Positions 39,964-47,778 of a stretch of DNA of 64,000 nt are shown piece after piece. Each line of letters begins with the position of its first letter. Position 1 is the stretch's first letter. Source of the stretch: an uncultured Eubacteriales bacterium. Its GTDB lineage: Bacteria; Actinomycetota; Coriobacteriia; Anaerosomatales; JAAXUF01. The DNA lies in contig CAZIPN010000001.1 in assembly GCA_964541225.1 (NCBI GenBank), positions 39,863 to 103,862 of the forward strand. The letters are read 5' to 3'. The notes below the pieces were generated by a model. That model saw nothing but the letters and a program-made list of their open reading frames with translations, had not been told where the DNA came from and did not search any database. The translations under genes were made by a program, and so were the position numbers.

Positions 39964-40740
39964 TTACGGTTTCGTCGGGAAGACTGCAGCAGCTTGCTCG
40001 GCGAGACCCTTCGCCGAGGAGGGAGCATCGGTCGAAGTCAGCACGACTTCGAAGACGTAGCGGTTCCGGCTGAACGCAACACTCGCAAACCGGGTGCCGT
40101 CCGTGCCGAAATACGCACTGACACCGTTCACGGGCACAGCGGCGGCGTCCTTCGGGTAGAGCGACTTGGTGACCGACTGAAGAAAGGACGCGGACTTCGC
40201 AGGTGTCGCGCAGTCGTGCACCGACCACACCACGCTGGTCACTTTCGCTGCGGCCTTCGTGGGACTCCCGCCCACCGTCGCGTCGGGCCCATCGGCTTGT
40301 GCGCTGCCAAGCGCGTAGTCCGTGAACGCCTTTGGCAGCAGACTCCTCGGGCTCAGTGCCGTGGCCCACGGGTCCGGTCCTTGTGGGGCACCCGAGTTCG
40401 TGCTGGAGTTCTTGACGCTCTGCGTTGACGACGCCGACCCCGTCTGTTGCGACGCTTGCTGGGTCTTGGCGTCCTTCATGGCCTTCTTGGCCGAACTGTT
40501 GTGTGGATCGTACGTGACAGCCCGCTCGAAGAGCGCGATGGCCCCCGTGGTGTCCTTGGACGACAGTGCCTTCAGACCCTGCTGATACGCCTTCTTGCTT
40601 AGCTGCGATGGGGTGAGTTGTGTCGAGCTGGACGGTGCAGGATGCCGAGGCGCCGAGAACGCGTAGATGCCGCCGATCACGGCCGCGAGTATCAGGACCG
40701 TGGCAGCCCCGCTGAGCAGCGTTTTTGCACGAGGGCTCAC
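39964..40740 (-). CDS. Membrane-anchored hypothetical protein (one TM, one TPR-like motif, an S/T/Q-rich linker and an unknown C-terminal domain)
   Basis: TM helix LLSGAATVLILAAVIGGIYAF, and AYQQGLKALSSKDTTGAIALFERAVTYDP. The start overlaps the upstream stop (ATGA). Confidence 0.55.
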   Translation of the reverse strand: MSPRAKTLLSGAATVLILAAVIGGIYAFSAPRHPAPSSSTQLTPSQLSKKAYQQGLKALSSKDTTGAIALFERAVTYDPHNSSAKKAMKDAKTQQASQQTGSASSTQSVKNSSTNSGAPQGPDPWATALSPRSLLPKAFTDYALGSAQADGPDATVGGSPTKAAAKVTSVVWSVHDCATPAKSASFLQSVTKSLYPKDAAAVPVNGVSAYFGTDGTRFASVAFSRNRYVFEVVLTSTDAPSSAKGLAEQAAAVFPTKP

Positions 40741-42098
40741 GACATGTTCGCCTCGGCAGGTTGGGCAACCCTCGCCGCATTCAGCGCTTCCTCGTCGAGG
40801 GAGATCACTGCGCGATCGGCGGCATCTTCGACCGCCGTTGCCGCGCGGAATGCGAACTCACTGAAGCCTTCGGAATCTGACATGAGCGCCGAGAGCACGG
40901 GATCGTCCATGGTCAGGGGTTCGGTGCCGGGCAGGTTGGCCCTCGCCAGCCAGCTGTTGATTGCTGTGGCATCCAGAACCTGAGGGTCCTTCTCGAACGC
41001 GGCCAGGCCGCTGAAACCCCATTCGAGCCTCGTGCCCCCGCCGAATTGCTCTTCGAGTTCAGGAACCTCCCCCGACTCGAGCATGAACACCATCACTGCG
41101 TCCGACTCAAGCATCCAACGGATCTCGGAGAGAGTGCCCGCGATCAGAGAGCGTGTCTCCGCGGGCACCTGATACCACAACTCGAAGCCATCGAAGATGA
41201 GAGCCACCTTCGCGAAACGCGATCGCGCGAGCCGCACGATGGCTGCGAGGGTCTTCTTCGGGGCCTTCGTGATCTTGAGCTCCTCCGCCATCGCGGCCAG
41301 ACCGCGCTCCCGGTAGACCCTGAGCGCTCGCGCGACAACCGGGGACAGATGGGCCTTCGTGTGTTCGACTATGTAATCGACCATAGCCTGGTCGTTGCTT
41401 TCGTCTTCAGCGCGTTCTGACTCAGCCAGCAGAATCGCATTGGCTGGCGAGTCGGTGATACTCGAGTCGATCTCTGGAAGTGCCTCGTCTTCGTCGACGT
41501 CAGACTGCAGATCCGCGAAGCGTGTGTCGACGACGCGTTGGAGTTCCGGCCGGCGCTCGACGCGCGCCGAACCGAAAAGCTGGCGAACCGTCCCGGACGG
41601 CTCGGCAGCGAAACGCTCTTCGAAACGACGGTACTGCTCTTCGCCGAGTACCTGGTAGGACACCAGCCCGGTGTCCGGCTCCTGGAGCACGTCGGCGACG
41701 TAGCATTCCAGCGTCTTGTCAAAGTCACGAAACGCCAAACGCTCCGCGAGTATGGAGATGATCGACCGCACACGACCAAGTCGCATCATGAAGAGCTGCA
41801 CGTAGGCGTGCAGCACGCCTACGCCGTCGTCGCTTGCCAGCGACTGCTCGGTCTCACCGACCGCGCGAAGTGCATAGAATTGCGGGACGTCGTCAGATTT
41901 CATGACCGCGATCGGTTTTGCCTTCTCCTGCCGAGCGGCCTCAAGAATCCGCCCCAGCAGTTCGTTGGCGGCCGCCACCGTCTCCAGCTCAACCCCATCG
42001 AAATCCGTTGCATTCACGGGCGTAGCGAAAGGGTTGGCCAGCAGGCCAAGAGGCCGATAGCGCTCGACGTCGTGAACGATGCTCAGATCACGTGTCAC
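40737..42098 (-). CDS. Hypothetical 453-aa cytoplasmic protein, possibly a degenerate AAA+/ORC-like fold lacking Walker A
   Basis: It has an N-terminal ANPF motif and a Walker-B-like VALIFDGFE. No GxxxxGK[ST] is visible. There is an acidic low-complexity insert. Confidence 0.5.
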   Translation of the reverse strand: MTRDLSIVHDVERYRPLGLLANPFATPVNATDFDGVELETVAAANELLGRILEAARQEKAKPIAVMKSDDVPQFYALRAVGETEQSLASDDGVGVLHAYVQLFMMRLGRVRSIISILAERLAFRDFDKTLECYVADVLQEPDTGLVSYQVLGEEQYRRFEERFAAEPSGTVRQLFGSARVERRPELQRVVDTRFADLQSDVDEDEALPEIDSSITDSPANAILLAESERAEDESNDQAMVDYIVEHTKAHLSPVVARALRVYRERGLAAMAEELKITKAPKKTLAAIVRLARSRFAKVALIFDGFELWYQVPAETRSLIAGTLSEIRWMLESDAVMVFMLESGEVPELEEQFGGGTRLEWGFSGLAAFEKDPQVLDATAINSWLARANLPGTEPLTMDDPVLSALMSDSEGFSEFAFRAATAVEDAADRAVISLDEEALNAARVAQPAEANMS

Positions 42099-42183
42099 TC
42101 ACTGGCTCCTTTGTGTGGGCGCTCGCTGAGCCTCGGCATCAAGACGACTTAGCTCCTCGAGCACCGCCAAGTCTCAACGGTGC

Positions 42184-42213
42184 GGGGTCTCGGACCATAC
42201 GGTCCGAGACCCC
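42184..42213 (-). terminator. Strong GC hairpin after the hydrogenase/cytochrome operon
   Basis: GGGGTCTCGGACC-atac-GGTCCGAGACCCC is a perfect 13-bp stem, 53 nt after the cytochrome stop (42266). Confidence 0.65.
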
Positions 42214-42265
42214 CCGTTGACCCCCGAAGCCACGGCAGATGCGGCTCCGATGGGCTCACATGGTC

Positions 42266-43723
42266 TTACTTGTTGTGGCAACGCTCGCACACGCCGCGAT
42301 TGTCGGCACGCAAGAGAGCGCTTGAACCTTGAAGGTTCGCGCCGTTGTAGACGCCCTTGTCGGGATCGACACCGGCGATACCATCCCTAACGGGGTGATA
42401 CACCGTATCGGATCCGAGAGGAGTCGTGACGGTCGCGGTCTCAAGATGCGAAGCAGCGTAGCCAGTCATGTCGCTTGAGCTACCGTGAGCACGGTGGCAG
42501 GTCAGACAACCGATGTAGTTGTCAGTCCACGTGCTGTTGGTCGCACCGTTCTGCTCCAGGGGCACCCATGCGTCGTCCTCGCGAACCTGCTCAGTGAGCG
42601 AGCGGTTGTTCGGGTTCGGATCGGCACCAGCCGCAAGGGTCTGGTCGATCGGGTGACGATGGAAGTTCTGAGTCCCCACCTTCGGCGCAGGACCCGTGGC
42701 GGGCAGATACGGATCGTAGTTGTAGGACACCGCTGCGCCAGCCGAGGCCTGGTTGTAGTCCACGTGGCACGCCGAACACCACACTGACATCGACTTGCTG
42801 GCGGGGGTGCCAGCTGCAGCCGTGTCGGTATGCAGGATGACAGTGCCAGTCGTGTCGGTGTAGTTCGGACGGTAGTCGGCCATCTGCGCCGCTCCGTCAG
42901 CGTGCTTCAGCCAACCGCCCGTTGGGTTGCTGCCGTCCTTCACGCCGCCGCCACCGTTGGTGACGCTCGACGGGATCGGATAGCCCTGCTCATCCGAGAA
43001 GACGAACGGGTTTGGCGTCAGACCATCCACGCCTGTGTAGCCACCGACCACGGGACCGGCCGGGTTCGGCTGCGCCTTCAGAAGGCGGTAGTTCGACGAA
43101 CCATGCGGATCGTGGCAATCGGTGCACGTCAGGTTGGACTGAGTCGCAACCGCGTTGCCTGAACCCCACAGCGGACCGGAAACATCCATGCGGTGCGCGG
43201 ATGTGGTGCCCACGTAGGCAACTGTAGCGTTGGTCTGCCACTCGTAGGGATCGGGCATGCGATTGAAGCCACCGCCGTTGAGCGGTGCTCCGAACGTCGA
43301 GTCCGTCTGGTACGCGGTAGCCACATCGACTCCGCCGTCGACGGTGCCAAAGGCACCAGCCGAGACGGTGGTCACGCCACTGTTGGTCGGCGGAGTGATG
43401 CCACTTGCCGCCGAAGGACCGCTGTCAAAAACACCGCTCGCAACGTTCGTCGAAGCGCCAGGAGCGAGGTCGCCGTGGCACGCGTCACAGAAGTCCGTCA
43501 TCGTCGTGGCATTGCCGACGAGCAAGGCGCTCGCATGATCGTTGCCGTTGGAGTCTGTCCAACCGACGGTCGAGAACGACGTATGCGCGCGGTGACAGCC
43601 GGCGCACGAATCCGTGTCGTTCACGTAGCCGCCGTGCGGGCCGAAGTTCGCGTAAGCACCGCTGGCAAAGGCCAGGACGAAGCCCACACACAAGACAAGC
43701 GCGAGAGAGAATCGTTTCAACAT
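42266..43723 (-). CDS. Secreted hexaheme c-type cytochrome with an OmcS-like motif layout
   Basis: Signal peptide; six CxxCH (CAGCH, CDACH, CTDCH, CSACH, CLTCH, CERCH), the last one 2 residues from the stop. ATG 43723 has GGAGG 5 nt upstream and lies 16 nt after the hydrogenase large-subunit stop. Confidence 0.8.
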   Translation of the reverse strand: MLKRFSLALVLCVGFVLAFASGAYANFGPHGGYVNDTDSCAGCHRAHTSFSTVGWTDSNGNDHASALLVGNATTMTDFCDACHGDLAPGASTNVASGVFDSGPSAASGITPPTNSGVTTVSAGAFGTVDGGVDVATAYQTDSTFGAPLNGGGFNRMPDPYEWQTNATVAYVGTTSAHRMDVSGPLWGSGNAVATQSNLTCTDCHDPHGSSNYRLLKAQPNPAGPVVGGYTGVDGLTPNPFVFSDEQGYPIPSSVTNGGGGVKDGSNPTGGWLKHADGAAQMADYRPNYTDTTGTVILHTDTAAAGTPASKSMSVWCSACHVDYNQASAGAAVSYNYDPYLPATGPAPKVGTQNFHRHPIDQTLAAGADPNPNNRSLTEQVREDDAWVPLEQNGATNSTWTDNYIGCLTCHRAHGSSSDMTGYAASHLETATVTTPLGSDTVYHPVRDGIAGVDPDKGVYNGANLQGSSALLRADNRGVCERCHNK

Positions 43724-43739
43724 CTTCACCTCCTAATGG

Positions 43740-45791
43740 TTAGTGGATCGCACAAGCGAGACACGGGTCAAACGACTGGGCAACACGCAGAACCTCAACG
43801 CCAGCCTTCGTGGTGACATTGCCACTCTGGCCTTCGAAGGTCGTGGTGATGTCCGCAAGTGGCGTACCGATAACGGCCGCCTCGATGGCGCCTTTCTGCA
43901 GAGTCGCGCCAGAGCCAGTGGTCGGCGAGCCGTTCCACGTGGTCGGGACGATGCACTGGTACTTCGTGATCTTGCCAGCCTTGATGGTCACCTGGTGCAT
44001 GAGGGCACCCCGTGGAGCCTCGGTGCCACCCCAGCCCTGAACAGTACCGGCTGGGATGCTCTTCGTCCGCCACGTCGAGCCATCGGTGTCGTTCGCACCA
44101 CCGGTCTGGTGCTTGAGCTTACCAGTCCAGCTCGTGGTATCGCCGGGATTTTCGCACGCAAACATACCGGTGGCCTTGTCGTACGCACCAATCATCTGCT
44201 GCACAAGAACAAGCGACTCGATGCCGCGGCCACGCAAACGGTCCATGGTGGACAGACCAGCGGTCAGACCGATCACCCAGGCAGCAATGTCACCTGTGAT
44301 GACGGCGTTCGCATCGGTGTACGCAGCAACGATCGCAGCGTGCGACAAACCCGAAACCGTCGTGATCTCAGTTGGCGTGCCACCGTCATCGATGGTGAGG
44401 GTCGCGAGACCCGCATTCAGCAAGGCAACCGCGATGTCGGCCTCGATCATCGCCGGGTCAAGACCCATCGTGCTGTTGGCCGTCTTCACATACGCCGTAT
44501 AGGCGCCGCCCAAAGAAGTCGCAAGGGCCGTACCGTTGACGAACCACTCGTTAACATAGCAGCGCGCCATCGGACCGACTTCACAAGCCTTGCCGTTCCA
44601 GCGCGGGGCCTTCATGTACGAATAGCCGTTAGAGCGCTTCGGCTGCGTACGAGAGACATCGCCGGGATAGGCCGCAGTGGCGGGGTTGCTACCCGTGCCG
44701 TACACAGCGCTATCGCCCGCGTAGACCTGGTAGCGCGAGTTCTCGATGTCCTCCACAAGGTTGCTCGGGACCGAGTTGGTGCCTCCAGCCAGAAGCTTCG
44801 ACGCGACATCACCTTTGGTCTTCGCCTGGAAGTTGTCCGTTCCATCGTTGACATCGAGGAGTCCGCCCCACACGCCGAGCGGTGCAGTGCTGTCGGTCAC
44901 GTCCGAAGCCGGGAACGCACCCCAAGCCAGGAAGCGGCCGAGACCGGCGCCATAAGCGGGGCTGTCAGTGACGTTGCTCGCGTTGTCGTAGTTCGGATAC
45001 AGAACACCAAGGGCGAGGACAATCGGCACGTACTCCTTGATGATGAAGAGGCCGACCTCCTTCATGATGTCCTCGAACATCGTGACTCGGCTGGTCAGGT
45101 CCTCGGTGCCGTCGAACGTCACGCCGCCCGCACAATAGGTGGACGTCATGGGCATGCGGCCCGCGAACAGGGCGCCCGCCTCAAACGTGAGACGGCGGAT
45201 ACGCAAAGCCACGACGTAGCTGCGGATAACCGTCGACCAGACGTCAGCTGAGAAGCCCATAGTGCCGTCAATCAACGGAGCCACTCCGCGTCCGCCCACT
45301 TGCACGCCGTGCCCGGTGGACACGAGAGCGGGGCTGTAGTGCGCGTCATCGAAATACGGTGTCCAAGGCGGCATGTTCGGACCTTGAACGTAGCTCGGCG
45401 CAGCGAGGTGGTAGAAGTGGGTGATGTTCGACATCAGGAACTCTGAGCCGAGCACCAAGTTGCGAATACTGACGGCTTTGGCGGGAACGCCGTTGGTGCC
45501 GTCGTAGGCGAACGTGATGTGCCCAGCGCTATAGCCGAGCACAGTGTCGATCGCATACGTAGAGGTCATGCCGTGCGGCACTGGGCAGACCCCGCAGATA
45601 CGCTGCGTGAACGTGATGGCATCGTTAGCTTCCCGACCCAGCAAGAAGTTCTCGAAGCCGCGCCACATGTTGCCATGTGCGCTTGCGTCGGAAACGATGC
45701 CCGAGCCATCTGTGGTGACTTTGACGCCAAGGTGACCTTCAATACGTGAAATCGGGTCGACTTCGACAGTCACTCCGGTGCGATTACTCAT
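43740..45791 (-). CDS. [NiFe] hydrogenase large subunit (683 aa; no C-terminal maturation extension)
   Basis: N-terminal RIEGHLG and the L1 motif QRICGVCPVPH. The C-terminal L2 motif DPCLACAIH is followed immediately by the stop. Confidence 0.9.
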   Translation of the reverse strand: MSNRTGVTVEVDPISRIEGHLGVKVTTDGSGIVSDASAHGNMWRGFENFLLGREANDAITFTQRICGVCPVPHGMTSTYAIDTVLGYSAGHITFAYDGTNGVPAKAVSIRNLVLGSEFLMSNITHFYHLAAPSYVQGPNMPPWTPYFDDAHYSPALVSTGHGVQVGGRGVAPLIDGTMGFSADVWSTVIRSYVVALRIRRLTFEAGALFAGRMPMTSTYCAGGVTFDGTEDLTSRVTMFEDIMKEVGLFIIKEYVPIVLALGVLYPNYDNASNVTDSPAYGAGLGRFLAWGAFPASDVTDSTAPLGVWGGLLDVNDGTDNFQAKTKGDVASKLLAGGTNSVPSNLVEDIENSRYQVYAGDSAVYGTGSNPATAAYPGDVSRTQPKRSNGYSYMKAPRWNGKACEVGPMARCYVNEWFVNGTALATSLGGAYTAYVKTANSTMGLDPAMIEADIAVALLNAGLATLTIDDGGTPTEITTVSGLSHAAIVAAYTDANAVITGDIAAWVIGLTAGLSTMDRLRGRGIESLVLVQQMIGAYDKATGMFACENPGDTTSWTGKLKHQTGGANDTDGSTWRTKSIPAGTVQGWGGTEAPRGALMHQVTIKAGKITKYQCIVPTTWNGSPTTGSGATLQKGAIEAAVIGTPLADITTTFEGQSGNVTTKAGVEVLRVAQSFDPCLACAIH

Positions 45792-45813
45792 CTACTTGTC
45801 CCTCCTTCCACTA

Positions 45814-47202
45814 CTAGGAACGCACCACGAAGGGCACGTAGCTGTCCGGGTAGCCTTTCTCGGTGCAAGCCATGCATGGGTGACCGGCGCGAGTGCAGTT
45901 GCCGCCCTGATACGGAGCGCCGCCGCTCTCGGCAGTATTGGCCGTGGCGATTGCCTGCTGAGCTGTCGTGCCAACACCGACGTTCTGCGGCTGCTGCTGA
46001 TTCCAGCCGTGGACTGTACACAGGGAGTGCGCGGCAGGACCCTTGCAGCCAATCTTCTGCAGACATCCATGACCACCTGGGTGGGTGGCAAAGATACCCT
46101 TGACGTAGTAGCGATACTTCGAGCACTTCGGTCCATGCACCGTGCTCGTGTACACGGCCTTGAGACGACGCGTACCGTCAACGGCGGCACCATGGATCCC
46201 GATGCCAGTGCCGTTGGTCGAGCTCGTAGCAACACTCTCAAGGACGCCGAGCGTACCGACAGTACCGATGCTCTGGCCGTAGACACTCGGAACATCAACC
46301 ATGACCGCGACAACCGAGAGCACGAACCACCATGGGTTCGTCGGACAGCCGGGAACGTTGACTACCTTGGCAGCCGCAGCACTCGTGTGAGCGGTGAGGT
46401 AGTCGAAGGTCCCGAGAGCACCAGTTTGCGACTTGGTAGCATCGAAGCCTGCATCCGTTGACTTGATCGGAGGCTTGCAGGCCGGATAGCCGCCGAAGGT
46501 CGCACACTGGCCGATCGCAATGATTGCGACGCACTCAGGCTTCTCGCCGAGAGCCAGGACCATCTCGCCCGTGACGATATCGGCGGTGCCAGGTTCGTTC
46601 TTGGCGATCGAGCACCACGGTACGGTTGAGGAGTCGCCCCACGCGCCACCGTTGCTGGTCGCCTGAAGCGCGCCCTCTACGACGAGCACGAACGGCTTGG
46701 TGTTGTTGCTCGCAAAGTCGTCGAGCCAGCTGTACGCGAGCTCACCGCCCATACCCATGACCGTCTCGTGATAGAGCAAGTCGATCACATCGATGACGAT
46801 GTCGGCGATGTCAACCGCACCGGGATCGGGGCTCAGGTTGTTATGAGCAAGGGTGAAATCGTCTCCCGAGGTCAGACCATTCGTGATCGGCAGAGTGCCT
46901 GCGATCCCGAGCGCGTCTGCCGTGGAGATGTCTGTCCCGGTTGGATTGATGTACATGTCGAGCGCGACGCCGCTTGGGTTCTCGTAGATGCCGAGAACTG
47001 ACGTCGAGCACCCGGTGCATTCCGCGCCGTGAAGCCATACAACGCGAGGCTTGCCGAACGTGCCCTGGTAGACACTGCCCACGCCCGAGTTCGGGTCGTA
47101 GGCAACTGCCTCCATGATCTTGGAGGCTTCCACTTGGCTGAAGCCTGCGGCGGCGGCGAGTGCACCCAAACGAGTGACGAACTGTCGCCTGGTGATTGCC
47201 AT
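45814..47202 (-). CDS. [NiFe] hydrogenase small subunit with a Tat signal (462 aa)
   Basis: Tat signal MAITRRQFVTRLGALAAAAGF. Cluster ligands are HGAECTGCSTS, GQCATFGG, VPGCPTNP, GCLQKIGCKGP and AGHPCMACTEKGYPD. AGGAGG lies 8 nt upstream of the ATG. Confidence 0.9.
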   Translation of the reverse strand: MAITRRQFVTRLGALAAAAGFSQVEASKIMEAVAYDPNSGVGSVYQGTFGKPRVVWLHGAECTGCSTSVLGIYENPSGVALDMYINPTGTDISTADALGIAGTLPITNGLTSGDDFTLAHNNLSPDPGAVDIADIVIDVIDLLYHETVMGMGGELAYSWLDDFASNNTKPFVLVVEGALQATSNGGAWGDSSTVPWCSIAKNEPGTADIVTGEMVLALGEKPECVAIIAIGQCATFGGYPACKPPIKSTDAGFDATKSQTGALGTFDYLTAHTSAAAAKVVNVPGCPTNPWWFVLSVVAVMVDVPSVYGQSIGTVGTLGVLESVATSSTNGTGIGIHGAAVDGTRRLKAVYTSTVHGPKCSKYRYYVKGIFATHPGGHGCLQKIGCKGPAAHSLCTVHGWNQQQPQNVGVGTTAQQAIATANTAESGGAPYQGGNCTRAGHPCMACTEKGYPDSYVPFVVRS

Positions 47203-47289
47203 ACTCTTTCCTCCTTCACCAGATTAGACGTTGACGGAACTGGCAGATAAAGGGTTTCGGCCCCTGACGAAGATTCGGCGAATGAAAAA

Positions 47290-47333
47290 CCACCTCCCTT
47301 CAGTCCGCTCGTCAGAGGAACCGGAGGAGGTGG
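47290..47333 (-). promoter_or_regulatory. Terminator-like stem-loop followed by U5 inside the long hydrogenase 5' leader (possible attenuator)
   Basis: On the gene strand the sequence is CCACCTCC-(28 nt)-GGAGGTGG-TTTTTC. It lies about 90-130 nt upstream of the small-subunit ATG and downstream of the predicted promoter at 47532-47560. Confidence 0.35.
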
Positions 47334-47508
47334 CTCGCAAACGCGCCCCGCAAGAGTGATCAAAATCCCGCACGCCCCAGAGGCAGAACAACCAGCAGCG
47401 GCGATGGGATGTCGACCAAGCGGGCCTTCGTGCCGGCTCCAACCCGGTGGTCAAGACTGCTGTCTTGTACCTCTTCCTAGTAGATGCGTGCGACGCTCAC
47501 AGGCACGT

Positions 47509-47526
47509 ATGTAACAGATGTTACAA
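47509..47526 (-). promoter_or_regulatory. Rex-type operator candidate in the hydrogenase promoter (gene strand TTGTAACATCTGTTACAT)
   Basis: Perfect TGTAAC-N4-GTTACA palindrome, 5 nt downstream of the predicted -10. Confidence 0.55.
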
Positions 47527-47531
47527 CGTGT

Positions 47532-47560
47532 ACCTTAGTACCCCCACAACGCGTCGTCAA
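47532..47560 (-). promoter_or_regulatory. Predicted sigma-70-type promoter of the hydrogenase operon (TTGACG-17 nt-TAAGGT)
   Basis: On the gene strand, TTGACG is at 47560-47555 and TAAGGT at 47537-47532. This is a by-eye match only. Confidence 0.4.
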
Positions 47561-47667
47561 GCCTCTACTTGAGCTACGTCAAGTCGACGATTTGGCGCGG
47601 ACTTCTCGCACGCCAATCTGTCTTCACAAACGCCGAATGACCACCCACCGCAGCCGGACCATATCGC

Positions 47668-47696
47668 CTGCCGAGGACAACCCTTCCCCTCGGCAG
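47668..47696 (-). terminator. Hairpin after the NHL gene (end of the cytochrome operon)
   Basis: CTGCCGAGG-11 nt-CCTCGGCAG, a 9-bp stem about 85 nt after the stop at 47779. Confidence 0.5.
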
Positions 47697-47778
47697 AAGA
47701 CGCTCGCGCGCACTCGCGCACACCGTCCGTATGTCACCGACCGGTCTAGCCATCGGAGTCGTCTCCGACCCGATCGGT

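Noticed and set aside
43740-43770. Possibility that the hydrogenase is a [NiFeSe] enzyme, given selC in the window.
   Set aside because: The C-terminal motif is DPCLACAIH, with TGT/TGC Cys codons and no in-frame TGA.
47300-47325. CUGACGAG...GAAG in the hydrogenase leader, superficially hammerhead-ribozyme-like.
   Set aside because: The core differs from CUGAUGA...GAAA, and I could not draw the three required helices and cleavage-site context. I treat it only as part of the leader hairpin loop.
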